Assembly (NCBI GenBank): GCA_009908325.1
Contig: JAAAPI010000101.1
Location: forward strand, 17,117 to 81,116
Direction: 5' to 3'
Source of the DNA: Verrucomicrobiota bacterium
GTDB lineage: Bacteria > Verrucomicrobiota > Verrucomicrobiia > Opitutales > Coraliomargaritaceae
DNA: 64,000 nt
Shown here: positions 9,965 through 21,850 of the stretch, piece after piece
Layout of the letters: every line of letters begins with the position of its first letter
Numbering within the stretch: the first letter of the stretch is position 1
Translations under genes and position numbers: made by a program
Notes under the pieces: model-generated
The model's database searches: none
What the model saw: the letters and a program-made list of their open reading frames with translations, nothing else
Told to the model about the DNA's origin: nothing

Positions 9965-10198
9965 ATGGCTGTAATCACATCCAGACTCACCAGCAAAGGA
10001 CAAGCTACCATTCCAAAAGCGATTCGGGAAGAATTGGGGCTTCGCTCAGGCGACCGCGTTTCCTTCCATATTCACTTGGGACGCGTGGAAATCAAGCGTA
10101 TCAGCCCGATCGATCTAGAATTTGCCAGAGCACAGGAATCGGGGCTGGCTGAAGAGTGGCTCGCGGCGGAGGACGAGGCGGCCTACGGAGATCTATGA
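9965..10198 (+). CDS. AbrB/MazE-family antitoxin
   Basis: SRLTSKGQATIPKAIREELGL..GDRV; acidic tail EWLAAEDEAAY; overlaps the toxin start. Confidence 0.88.
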   Translation: MAVITSRLTSKGQATIPKAIREELGLRSGDRVSFHIHLGRVEIKRISPIDLEFARAQESGLAEEWLAAEDEAAYGDL

Positions 10199-10545
10199 AG
10201 GATCCGCCCTCGGAGTTTTATGACCGGTTCGATATCGTGGTGCTTCCTTTTCCTTTTACGGATCGCTCCACAATGAAACGGCGGCCTGCTTTGATTCTGT
10301 CCAACCCGGATTACCAAAAAAGTAGCGGACATCTCATCTGTGCCATGGTCACGACGGCCGCTCGATCAAAATGGCCGGGCGACACGACCATTGCAGCGTG
10401 GGTCGATGCAGGGCTGCCAAAACCTTCAAAGGTGCGGCTCAAACTGTTCACCCTTGATGCGCGCTTCGTCATACGCCGATTAGGGAAGCTCGTGGAAAGC
10501 GATGCATCCGAAGTAACCGAAGCCCTTTCAAAGACGCTCAACTGA
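10195..10545 (+). CDS. PemK/MazF-family toxin
   Basis: DIVVLPFPFTD...KRRPALILS...CAMVTT...AGLPKPSKVR...LFTLD; ATGA overlap with the antitoxin. Confidence 0.88.
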   Translation: MKDPPSEFYDRFDIVVLPFPFTDRSTMKRRPALILSNPDYQKSSGHLICAMVTTAARSKWPGDTTIAAWVDAGLPKPSKVRLKLFTLDARFVIRRLGKLVESDASEVTEALSKTLN

Positions 10546-10549
10546 CCAT

Positions 10550-10582
10550 AAAAATGCCCCGCCGCTTTTCAGCGGGCGGGGC
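10550..10582 (-). terminator. terminator hairpin between convergent mazF and pfkA
   Basis: GCCCCGCC/GGCGGGGC stem with an adjacent A-run (U-tract on the minus strand). Confidence 0.7.
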
Positions 10583-10611
10583 TCGATACAATTCACTCTC
10601 AGCTGTCAGGC

Positions 10612-11874
10612 TTACTCGACGGCGTAGGCACCGAGCTTACGCTCGACTTTGTCCATGCTCAACTTCACGAGCGCCGGAACGCCGTTCTCGTAGGGCACCT
10701 TGACTTCGCCCTGGATAAGGGGCAGCGCATATTTGTAGAAGTTGTAGTTCATGCTGACCCCGTCTTCGTTGATCCAGCTCTCGGGAAGCTTTTTCACGCC
10801 GTTGGCGATTTCGGACAGATCCGCCAGACCCGTGCCGCAGATGTAAGTATCCTCATCACCGCGGAGCAGGGTGACCATTTTGTCGGTGTGGCCTGCCACA
10901 GCGGCCTGCACGGCAGCTTGACCCGCCAGGTAGGCTTCGTCGTTGTCGGCCTGCGAGGAGCAATGCACGGCTGCACGTTGCGCCATGCCGAGCTTCACCG
11001 AGCGCGCTTTGACTTGCAGGCTTTCTTCTGCAAGGTTGCGCAGGTATTCTCCCGCGCCGCCGAGTTGCGAGTGGCCGAACGCATCCGCGCCTGCGCTGTC
11101 GGTTGAAACGTAGTTACCATCGGCATCAACCAGGCCTTCGCCGACCACAACGACGCAGTATCTTTCTTTTTGCAGGACATGCTGCACGTCAGCCACGAAT
11201 TTCTCAGGAGAGAAGGCGACTTCGGGCAGATAAATCAGGTGCGGTGCAGCTTTGGGCTCGTCGCGGCGTTTTGCCAGTGCGGCACCGGCAGCGATCCAGC
11301 CAGCGCTGCGTCCCATCACTTCAATGATCTGAACGAGATCGTGTTGACCCATGGCGGCATTGTCGACTGCGATTTCCTTGACGGTCGTCGCGATGTATTT
11401 GATGACCGATCCGTAGCCGGGCGTGTGGTCGGTCGTGACGAGGTCGTTATCAATTGTCTTTGGGATGCCGATCACGCGTAAAGCGTAGCCCCGCTCCTGT
11501 GCGAGCTTGGAAATTTTGTCTGCGGTATCCTGCGAGTCGTTACCCCCCGCATAGAAAAAATAGCGGATGTTATGTGCCTCGAAGACCTCCAGCACGCGGT
11601 CGAAATCGGACTGCTTTTTCAGCTTGTAGCGGCAGGTGCCGAGCGCGGAGCCGGGCGTGTAACGCAAACCACGAATGGTCTGCTGCGACTCGGCAGCAAG
11701 GTCGATGAGCTGCTCGTTCAGGATGCCGAGCACGCCGTTGAGCCCACCGTAAATTTCTTCGATGCACTCGTGGTTGAGGGCTTCGGCAACGGCACCGGAC
11801 AGGCTGGCGTTGATGACCGACGTTGGACCGCCGGATTGAGCGATGAGACAGTTTCCTTCGAGTTGTTCTGACAT
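10612..11874 (-). CDS. pfkA: 6-phosphofructokinase (PfkA family, possibly PPi-dependent)
   Basis: AQSGGPTSVIN, GGNDSQDT, IPKTIDND, EVMGRSAGW. Confidence 0.92.
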   Translation of the reverse strand: MSEQLEGNCLIAQSGGPTSVINASLSGAVAEALNHECIEEIYGGLNGVLGILNEQLIDLAAESQQTIRGLRYTPGSALGTCRYKLKKQSDFDRVLEVFEAHNIRYFFYAGGNDSQDTADKISKLAQERGYALRVIGIPKTIDNDLVTTDHTPGYGSVIKYIATTVKEIAVDNAAMGQHDLVQIIEVMGRSAGWIAAGAALAKRRDEPKAAPHLIYLPEVAFSPEKFVADVQHVLQKERYCVVVVGEGLVDADGNYVSTDSAGADAFGHSQLGGAGEYLRNLAEESLQVKARSVKLGMAQRAAVHCSSQADNDEAYLAGQAAVQAAVAGHTDKMVTLLRGDEDTYICGTGLADLSEIANGVKKLPESWINEDGVSMNYNFYKYALPLIQGEVKVPYENGVPALVKLSMDKVERKLGAYAVE

Positions 11875-11942
11875 ATGCGTGTTTTGGTGTTTAAAATGGA
11901 CGTTGCAGCTTGGTTTAAGTAGGCCGCTCCTGAAAGCAATCT

Positions 11943-13367
<1,425 letters not shown>

Positions 13368-13496
13368 AGTAGTTTCGAATTTGGGAAAACGGAGCAAACT
13401 AGGCGACCCGACCGATCATGCGACACAAAAACGAGAGAAAATCTGCTGACTGAACCGAAACGGTCAATCACGCGGGAAACGTCATCGGCAAACTAT

Positions 13497-13530
13497 AAAA
13501 AAGCCCGCTCTGTTCGTGACAAAGCGGGCT
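13497..13530 (-). terminator. Rho-independent terminator
   Basis: AGCCCGCT...AGCGGGCT stem with an A6 run on the left side. Confidence 0.7.
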
Positions 13531-13592
13531 GAAAGCTGGAAATCAACCCATTTGCAGGATAGTGGAGCTTCAAATAAATTTTTTCATCTTTT

Positions 13593-13672
13593 GTAGCGAG
13601 AGGGTTTATCCCTCGATTCGAACAAGCTCGCATTGCGAAAGGGCTCTTTCCTGGCATAAAGCCAGTCGCTAC
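13593..13672. repeat. REPIN family D copy 1 (80 bp, inverted GTAG-tagged REP pair)
   Basis: GTAGCGAGAGGGTTTATCCCTCG ... CCTGGCATAAAGCCAGTCGCTAC; a second 80-bp copy lies at 31724-31803. Confidence 0.8.
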
Positions 13673-13707
13673 GAAATCTTTTGTGAAAAAACTTATTTCA
13701 AGGCGGA

Positions 13708-15627
13708 TTAGTCCACCTTGAGCGTCCCCTGACCAAGCAGTGCGTCGTAATCCGCGGCGCTGCCACCATCGACACAGCACTGAATGATTTCGCGCCCCAG
13801 CGGACGCAGCTCCGGCGAATCGAACTGGGCGAGCTCCTTGAGGAAGAATTCTCGCAAAGTTTGCGCACCCGCATCGTAGGCTTCCAGCCCGACCTCCGGT
13901 TGCTTCTCCACCTGGAAGAACCAGGAGCCGATTTGGCGCCCCTCAACCATAATCGAATCCGGGCTCCAGCCAAGCAAGGGGCAACGCGAGGGCACGACTT
14001 GCTTGCCTGTGAACTTGGCCCCATTGCGCCGGGCCAAATACTCGCGGGTGATCCATTGCGGCATAAAGCTAACCTCCCAGGCACCGATATGCTGGTTGGG
14101 CACCAGTATGTAGTCCACCCCCGGCGTCGCTACGATCTGGTCAAGTATCAAATTGGCCTGATCCACACGGCGGCCGGTCGCAAAGGGCCAGTACGATCCA
14201 ACCCCCTCGGAGGTCATACCCTCGCTATCGACAATGCTCGGGTTGGCATGCCCGCGCGGGGCCACCAAACGCCAGAGCCACGCCAACGCAGGGGGCAGGA
14301 CGTGAAACATGCCGATGATGCCGTAGCTCGGATGCTCGGCCGAGCACGAGGGACAACGCACACCAAAACTGCGGATATCGACCTCGAGCGCTCCGTCCAC
14401 CACATCGGGAATCGCCTTCCGGGGCACAACAACCCGCGGGTTCGGGCAGGGGGATCCGGGCTCGTCCTCAATGTGCTCCCAAATCAACGCAGTGCTATTG
14501 GGCTGTGCATCAATGTTCAAGAAGAGCAAGTCCTCCGGCGGATGCACCGTGAGGGCTTCCAAATGCGGGTCGATGCCATAACGGTCAATGTGATTAATGC
14601 GGAGGAACCACGCATCCTCCGCATCGACAAGGCCCAGCTTACCCGTGCCACGATCCAGCGATGGGTGGCACAGCGCCATATCGTCTGTTACCGGCCGCAA
14701 GGTGCAGGTTTGTGGCAAGCTCAATGCCCGCTTATCGCCTGTCAGGGTGTTTTTGCCGAGGAGCAGGGACCCGTCAGACTGGCGGTGCACCTGCTCTAGC
14801 ATCTCACTCTTGCCACCTCCCGAGGCACCTTCGTGCGAGATGACAATGCGACTGTCATACGGGGTTACGACTTCCACGGTCGAGCAGTGCATCGTGATCC
14901 ATTTCTCCTGCTCGCCGAGATTCAGAAGCACACCATAAATACCCTTTTTCGCACTGGGTCCCGGATAGAGATTGTAGCTGAAAAGCTCATGCATACCCTC
15001 GAGCCGATTGTGCACCACGACTTGTTTCCCTTCGAAATGGGTGTGGCGGTAGGGCGGCATGACGTAGATAACCGCTCTGGGTGCGAAGTCTTCCGGCACT
15101 TCGTCCGGCACCAACATTCCTTGAAGCAGTGCCAAACCCAGCGCAAAGAATCCGGCGTTGTCCGGAGCGATCACAATCGCATCCGTTCCTTTCCCGGTGA
15201 CCCCGGCCCGGAAGGGAAACATAGCCAGTGGCTGCTTGGCGAGCCAATCAAGCGACTCTTCACGCAGAGAGTCGAAAGACGCGCCAAAGCGGGCTTCGTA
15301 GGTCGGTTTGTCCGTCGGATCGGAATCGCCGATCACCATGCAGTCCGGATCACGGCGCCGCATGTAAGGCTCAACGTAATTAGCAGCGATGCCGTTTTTG
15401 ACCCGGCAAACGTGGGCCTCCAGGACTTGCCCCTTGCCTGGCACGTTGTAACTGACTTCGTGCCAGCCCTGCGCGTTCGCGTCGCGAACCGCAAGCGCAC
15501 GCACATCGTCAAATGATTCCGGCACAATGACAGACGGTGCACGCGCGAGCACGCGCTCGGCTGTCTCAGGAAGCTTATATCCAATCAACGGGTGATGGAA
15601 TGCGGGTGTTTCTTTTGTCTCGTTCAT
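13708..15627 (-). CDS. DUF4914-like P-loop protein (PEP carboxykinase-like features)
   Basis: YMRRRDPDCMVIGD, YPGPSAKKGIYG, HCS, Walker A GASGGGKS, VTDD. Family recognised from memory. Confidence 0.75.
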   Translation of the reverse strand: MNETKETPAFHHPLIGYKLPETAERVLARAPSVIVPESFDDVRALAVRDANAQGWHEVSYNVPGKGQVLEAHVCRVKNGIAANYVEPYMRRRDPDCMVIGDSDPTDKPTYEARFGASFDSLREESLDWLAKQPLAMFPFRAGVTGKGTDAIVIAPDNAGFFALGLALLQGMLVPDEVPEDFAPRAVIYVMPPYRHTHFEGKQVVVHNRLEGMHELFSYNLYPGPSAKKGIYGVLLNLGEQEKWITMHCSTVEVVTPYDSRIVISHEGASGGGKSEMLEQVHRQSDGSLLLGKNTLTGDKRALSLPQTCTLRPVTDDMALCHPSLDRGTGKLGLVDAEDAWFLRINHIDRYGIDPHLEALTVHPPEDLLFLNIDAQPNSTALIWEHIEDEPGSPCPNPRVVVPRKAIPDVVDGALEVDIRSFGVRCPSCSAEHPSYGIIGMFHVLPPALAWLWRLVAPRGHANPSIVDSEGMTSEGVGSYWPFATGRRVDQANLILDQIVATPGVDYILVPNQHIGAWEVSFMPQWITREYLARRNGAKFTGKQVVPSRCPLLGWSPDSIMVEGRQIGSWFFQVEKQPEVGLEAYDAGAQTLREFFLKELAQFDSPELRPLGREIIQCCVDGGSAADYDALLGQGTLKVD

Positions 15628-15688
15628 AATGATTTCTGTTTTAAATCAATTAGCATATCAACATTACTTATATTAAGCTGCGCGTCTG

Positions 15689-16381
15689 TTGAATAAGAGC
15701 GCATTTATTGACACTAACATAAGCACTAGCTGTAAGTTTTCCCCATCGATGCCAGAGTTCGCCCGGGAAGCTTTAATTCAAAGGATGAACCGCTCCGAAT
15801 TGTTGGACCGGTTGACCACGGATGTCCGCGTCCTATTTCGCAAGCGACTGCGCTTTCAACCAAGCGCGCCGGCAGCTTCGGAAAATTACATCAGCACCCC
15901 ACTCCAGGTGGGTGCGGTGGCTCTTGGTTTCCTCAGCCTACCGGCCAGCAGGAAACGGGAGCGAAACGTGGCTTACAAGCACTGGCTCGAAATGGCCTGC
16001 AATGAACTAGCCAATGACCTAAACAGCCCCCATCCCCAGGGTTCAGATGTGCTGCCGGCAAAAATCGTTCGCGCAATTCGCCTCATCAAAGAGGCACACC
16101 ATGAGCCGCTCTCGCTTGGTGATGTCGCCGGAAACATCGGGCTCAGTCGTGAGCGTCTGAGCCGACTTTTTCACGAAACGATTGGCATTACGTTTTCCGA
16201 ATACCTCAGTGAAGTCCGCCTTACCGAGGCTCGCAAACAACTCTCGGGCAGCGCCGACAAAATAACCGAGATTGCCTTCGCCTGCGGCTTTCAATCGCTC
16301 TCTCAATTCAACCGCCGCTTTCGCGCATCCGAGGGTATCAGCCCTTCGGAATACCGCAGGGAGGCTCAAGCCCGTGCCTAA
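15689..16381 (+). CDS. AraC-family transcriptional regulator
   Basis: C-terminal LSRERLSRLF...GITFSEYL...ITEIAFACGFQSLSQFNRRF...G.SPSEYR. Divergent from the DUF4914-like gene; start uncertain. Confidence 0.9.
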   Translation: MNKSAFIDTNISTSCKFSPSMPEFAREALIQRMNRSELLDRLTTDVRVLFRKRLRFQPSAPAASENYISTPLQVGAVALGFLSLPASRKRERNVAYKHWLEMACNELANDLNSPHPQGSDVLPAKIVRAIRLIKEAHHEPLSLGDVAGNIGLSRERLSRLFHETIGITFSEYLSEVRLTEARKQLSGSADKITEIAFACGFQSLSQFNRRFRASEGISPSEYRREAQARA

Positions 16382-16980
16382 AAAATCACATAGCCCTGCG
16401 CCCATTTGACGAAAAACACGCCGAGGTTACTGGCGGCATGCGCCAGCATACAGGGAAAAATCGAGTGTTTCGGATTCCAGGGCCCGAAGCGCACCGCGTA
16501 GAACCAGAGGGAATTGGCGAACAGGATGCCCGTGCTGAACCATGCCTTAGCCGTAAAAGTCCACTCGAAGCCGTCTTCCATGCTCCAGAGATGCGCGTGG
16601 ATGACCGCAAAAATGAATGAGAATAGAACGCAGCTCCCCACAAGGAGCGCCCGCCCCTTGTTTTCAATCACCAGAAAACCACGAAAAATGACCTCTTCCA
16701 CCACCCCGGCCGCCACGATGGCGAAGACGAAAAACCAGACCATATCACTCTGCTCATCCGCCACCCCGAGCGCGATCTCGCCCCAGGTTTCAACCCCAAG
16801 CAGAAGCAGCGCACCCGCAGCCCCGATAATGAAAGCACCTAGAGGTGCCTCGACTGCACCCGGCATCGCACCCTCCGTCGCCTCTCCCGCACGCGCCGCA
16901 CGATAATCCGCCAAATACATCTTCCCCACATACACGGCCACCGCCACATACAGCAGGATCATAACAGGATTCTCGTTCAT
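16378..16980 (-). CDS. CPBP (CAAX/Abi) intramembrane metalloprotease
   Basis: EEVIFRG, FAVIH, HAASN motifs; multiple TM segments. Confidence 0.88.
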   Translation of the reverse strand: MNENPVMILLYVAVAVYVGKMYLADYRAARAGEATEGAMPGAVEAPLGAFIIGAAGALLLLGVETWGEIALGVADEQSDMVWFFVFAIVAAGVVEEVIFRGFLVIENKGRALLVGSCVLFSFIFAVIHAHLWSMEDGFEWTFTAKAWFSTGILFANSLWFYAVRFGPWNPKHSIFPCMLAHAASNLGVFFVKWAQGYVIF

Positions 16981-16990
16981 CTCAGCTTAC

Positions 16991-17039
16991 CCCGCATCTC
17001 GCAACCCGCATCCCGTATCCCATATCCCGTATCCCACTA
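16991..17039. repeat. heptamer tandem repeat (CCCGYAT-like, about 7 copies)
   Basis: cccgcat ctcgcaa cccgcat cccgtat cccatat cccgtat cccacta. Confidence 0.8.
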
Positions 17040-17408
17040 AATATGCCGCGAATCGTCCTCATCTTTTTTCACGTATCCGCTATCCTGTCGGTTATGGTTT
17101 ACCTTATTCTTCTTGGTGTAGGCTTGGTAAACGTCTTCCGGCGACATACCGAGGACCTGGGCCAGTGAGATGAGGAAGTGGAAAAGGTCGACCACCTCGA
17201 CTTTGGCGTTCTGCTCGTCGAATTCCTGGTATTTCGCCCACCATTTCCAAGGCACTGAGTCGATTAACTCGGCGATCTCCTGCTGCATCGCCCTTGTGTA
17301 GTTCAGCACCCACTTCGCTTTTTCTTCGTCTGATAAATCATTGGTATTTACCCCGATGCGTTTATTCAGGGCGTCCTGTAGTTCAAAGATCTCGTCGAGT
17401 TTATCCAT
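17037..17408 (-). CDS. dimeric all-alpha dUTPase (dUTP diphosphatase)
   Basis: QEIAELIDSVPWKWW, VEVVDLFHFLIS, KNKVNHNRQDSGY. Confidence 0.85.
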   Translation of the reverse strand: MDKLDEIFELQDALNKRIGVNTNDLSDEEKAKWVLNYTRAMQQEIAELIDSVPWKWWAKYQEFDEQNAKVEVVDLFHFLISLAQVLGMSPEDVYQAYTKKNKVNHNRQDSGYVKKDEDDSRHI

Positions 17409-17743
17409 GGTTCCTTGGTTAGGCCCTTCCACCGCCACAAGCAAGCGGATTTCACGATTTCAATAAATAGCCTGCGTATTTATTGACAGTTGAGTCAGCA
17501 CCGAGGAATCACTCATATAAAAGTATCCTAACTTAAACCTTGCCCCGAAAAATCGACCGCTCTACTTCTTACGTGTCGATATCCGTCGCGATCAACAGCT
17601 TGAGTGCTCTGCGCCGCCAAAGCTGACCGCTTCGCCGACCCCGTTGACACCGACCGCGCCCCATCCATCGCGGCTATGACTGTTCTAGCCAGAGGGCGCA
17701 GATGCAAAATGTACAGCCACACATCAGAAAAAAGATTAGAAAC

Positions 17744-18658
17744 ATGCCAGAATTCGAAGAAGAAAAACCAAATAATTCGCAAAGTCAGAGCTACACACCC
17801 AGCACCGACGCCTCGAAAAAGCCGCGCACCCGCCGCCGCAGCGGTGGTTTCAAAACCGAGCTCGCTCCAATCAGCAACGCGAAGATCGGCGAAGTCAGCG
17901 CGGCAGATGCCCTGAAAGAGGAAAAACTAAGCGGCAAACCCACAGACGGGAAACCAGAATCCACCCGCACGAAAACGCCCCGTCGAGAGCGCGGCGAGCC
18001 AAAATCCGGAGGTTCCCGCGAACCACGCGAACCAAGGGCGGAACTCAGATCCCGCGAACCTCGCCAACCAAAGACCGAAAGCAAGCCAAAGTCCGAACGC
18101 GAGCCGCGAAAGAAGCGCGAACCGCAGGCACCCCGCACGGATGCCAACCCGCAGCCGAGCGCCGAGACCCGCGCCGCCATCGCCAGTGTCGAAGCGAAAA
18201 TCGCCGAGCGCCAGGCCGAAAAAGAGGCCCGCCGCGCCGAGCGAAACAAGAACCGCCCGGCCAAGCCAAAGAGTGGCTCTTCGAGCGAGTCCTCAAAGCG
18301 ACGGTCCGAACGCAGCTCCGAGCGCTCGTCCCACGGACGAAGCGGAAACAACAGACAATCCTCCGCCAAAAAGCCACAACCCGGCCTGCTCGGTGCCATC
18401 GGTGGCTTTTTTGGCAAACTGTTTGGTAACGAACCAGAACCTGCGCCCAAGCGAAGCAGTGGGGGCAGCCGGGGCAGCGGCTCGCGCAGCAGCAGCAGTA
18501 AGGGTGGCGGCAAAAGCGGCTCGCGCAGCGGCCAAACCCGCGGTCGCGGTGGATCCTCCGGCGGTCGGAGCAGCAAAGGCGGCGGACAGGGTCGCCGACG
18601 CAGTGGCAGCAGCTCCCGCAACGGCTCGCGCCGCTCGGGTGAGCGCATTTCTTCCTAA
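17744..18658 (+). CDS. basic, low-complexity (R/S/G/K/E/P) disordered protein with an amphipathic helix
   Basis: REPR repeats, coiled-coil-like AKIAERQAEKEARRAER, PGLLGAIGGFFGKLFG helix, SR/G-rich tail; directly upstream of murA. Confidence 0.75.
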   Translation: MPEFEEEKPNNSQSQSYTPSTDASKKPRTRRRSGGFKTELAPISNAKIGEVSAADALKEEKLSGKPTDGKPESTRTKTPRRERGEPKSGGSREPREPRAELRSREPRQPKTESKPKSEREPRKKREPQAPRTDANPQPSAETRAAIASVEAKIAERQAEKEARRAERNKNRPAKPKSGSSSESSKRRSERSSERSSHGRSGNNRQSSAKKPQPGLLGAIGGFFGKLFGNEPEPAPKRSSGGSRGSGSRSSSSKGGGKSGSRSGQTRGRGGSSGGRSSKGGGQGRRRSGSSSRNGSRRSGERISS

Positions 18659-18685
18659 ACTGGACACCCGCTTCCGGATCCCACT

Positions 18686-19981
<1,296 letters not shown>

Positions 19982-20006
19982 GCTGCCCCGGCGGTGAGCC
20001 AATGGG

Positions 20007-20456
20007 CTATTCGTTCTGATCGATTTCGGATTGGAACGACCGGATAATAAACCCTTCCTTTGCAGCAGCGAGTGTGAGCCGTTCATCGTTACATACGAAC
20101 CCGTAATCCTCGGTGCTCTCTCCCGCCAAAAAACAGGCTGCGGCGAGCTGTAGTGAATCAGCTGCCCGAAGCGGATATCGACGCAACAACTTCTGAGCAA
20201 GCCGGCGCACTGACTCCGTTGCTCCCACGCACAGGCTGTTCTCCATAATCCCGTTTAGATTTTTCTGGGCAATTGTCATCTCTGCCAGACTGAGTCGCCC
20301 TTCGCGCTCTTTTCTTGCGAGTGCCGACACGCATTCCACCGAAGTCGCCCACCAAACGGCCATTTCAGTCTGCTCCTCGAGAAAGCAACGTGTTGCGTCC
20401 GAATTTTCCTCACGTACGAGTAGGGGCAAGATTGCCGAACTATCCCAGAAGTTCAT
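20007..20456 (-). CDS. PIN-domain (VapC) toxin
   Basis: FWDSSAILPL, VECVSAL, LRAADSLQLAAA, FVCNDERL..AA..EGF. Confidence 0.9.
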   Translation of the reverse strand: MNFWDSSAILPLLVREENSDATRCFLEEQTEMAVWWATSVECVSALARKEREGRLSLAEMTIAQKNLNGIMENSLCVGATESVRRLAQKLLRRYPLRAADSLQLAAACFLAGESTEDYGFVCNDERLTLAAAKEGFIIRSFQSEIDQNE

Positions 20457-20755
20457 CGCCCGGACTCACGCTCGTCGAGAAGAGCCCCGACGCTTCCCAC
20501 AAATCCTTTCTGCCCGGTTGTAAGCGGCTCAAGTGTTTGAGCCCATGCTGGATTCTTTTTTTTGGGTCGGGTCACGGCTCCAGTTGCTTCCAGTTCGAGT
20601 ATCCGTGGAGACTCAGACCCCATCCCACCGGAAAGCGGCTGAATTTGAGCGATTGGTCGATTCCGATCCAGTATCAAAACGGTATCTCCACCACGCACAG
20701 CATCCAAATAACGACTCAACTCATTTTTTGTTTTAGATATATTAGCTGTAATCAT
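20453..20755 (-). CDS. Phd/YefM-family antitoxin
   Basis: ANISKTKNELSRYLDAVRGG..VLILDRNRPIA; overlaps the PIN start. Confidence 0.88.
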   Translation of the reverse strand: MITANISKTKNELSRYLDAVRGGDTVLILDRNRPIAQIQPLSGGMGSESPRILELEATGAVTRPKKKNPAWAQTLEPLTTGQKGFVGSVGALLDERESGR

Positions 20756-20774
20756 ATAGCTAACCTAGCTATAT
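20754..20774. promoter_or_regulatory. palindromic operator of the phd-vapC operon
   Basis: ATATAGCTA-ACC-TAGCTATAT perfect inverted repeat abutting the antitoxin start codon. Confidence 0.65.
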
Positions 20775-20890
20775 TTGATTCGGATTCAAGGTTTATTCTT
20801 CGAACCTATCCGGGGGACACCCGTGGGATCACCGCAGAAGTTTCCAGTTAGGATTTGCCAGACGTTTCGTGCATGGTTCACATCATACCC

Positions 20891-21742
20891 ATGCATTATT
20901 CCAAATACCACGCACTCGGAAACGACTATCTGGTCCTCGATCCAAAAGATGCCGCTGAGCTCCCTGGCAAAGACGCCATTGTTCGTATCTGTCATCGGAA
21001 TTTCGGTTTGGGCTCCGACGGTATTCTCTACGGCCCACTAAAGTCCGAGCAGGCTGACTTCGGTCTGCGCATCATGAATCCCGACGGAAGCGAAGCCGAA
21101 AAAAGCGGCAACGGACTGCGCATTTTCGCCCGCTACCTCTACGATACCGGTGCCGTCAAAAATGACTCGTTTACGGTCGACACCCCGGGTGGCGTTGTCA
21201 CCTGCCGGATCGCCGATGGCGCGGAATCCATCACCGTTGATATGGGGCGTGTGAATTTTGGCATGGATCATATCCCGCTGGATGGTCCCGAACAGACCGA
21301 TCAAAACCTCGGCCAGCCGCTCACCTTCAACGGCAAGACCGAAACGGTCTACATCGCCAATATTGGAAACCCGCACTGCGTGCTCGTACGGGACGAAATC
21401 AGCGCGAAGGAAGCCAAGGCGGACGGGGCAGCCATCGAAGTCCATTCAGAGTTTCCCAACCGGACCAACGTGCAGTTTCTCAAAGTGATCGACCGCAACA
21501 ATGTCCAAATAGAGATATGGGAGCGCGGGGCCGGCTACACCCTGGCGTCCGGCTCCAGCAGCAGCGCGGCAGCCGCCGTTGCCCACCGCATCGGGCTCTG
21601 CGATCCGGACATCACCGTGCATATGCCCGGCGGTAAAATCGGCATCCACATCGGCGCGGACTTCGCCGTCCGCATGACCGGCCCCGCCACCCGCGTCGCT
21701 CGGATGGACTTCGATGAGGAAGCCCTCAAGTTTTCCACTTGA
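20891..21742 (+). CDS. dapF: diaminopimelate epimerase
   Basis: KYHALGNDY, GLGSDG, NPDGSEAEKSGNGLR, GNPHCV, WERGAG.TLASGSS. Both usual catalytic Cys positions read Ser. Confidence 0.88.
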   Translation: MHYSKYHALGNDYLVLDPKDAAELPGKDAIVRICHRNFGLGSDGILYGPLKSEQADFGLRIMNPDGSEAEKSGNGLRIFARYLYDTGAVKNDSFTVDTPGGVVTCRIADGAESITVDMGRVNFGMDHIPLDGPEQTDQNLGQPLTFNGKTETVYIANIGNPHCVLVRDEISAKEAKADGAAIEVHSEFPNRTNVQFLKVIDRNNVQIEIWERGAGYTLASGSSSSAAAAVAHRIGLCDPDITVHMPGGKIGIHIGADFAVRMTGPATRVARMDFDEEALKFST

Positions 21743-21850
21743 TTGCGATCAGTGCTCTCGAGGTCTGGAAAAAGATTGGCTGCAGGCTACAGCCACTCAA
21801 TCTGAACCAAACCTTGCGGCCTACAACTGAACGCTGCATTTTTGCCGTTA

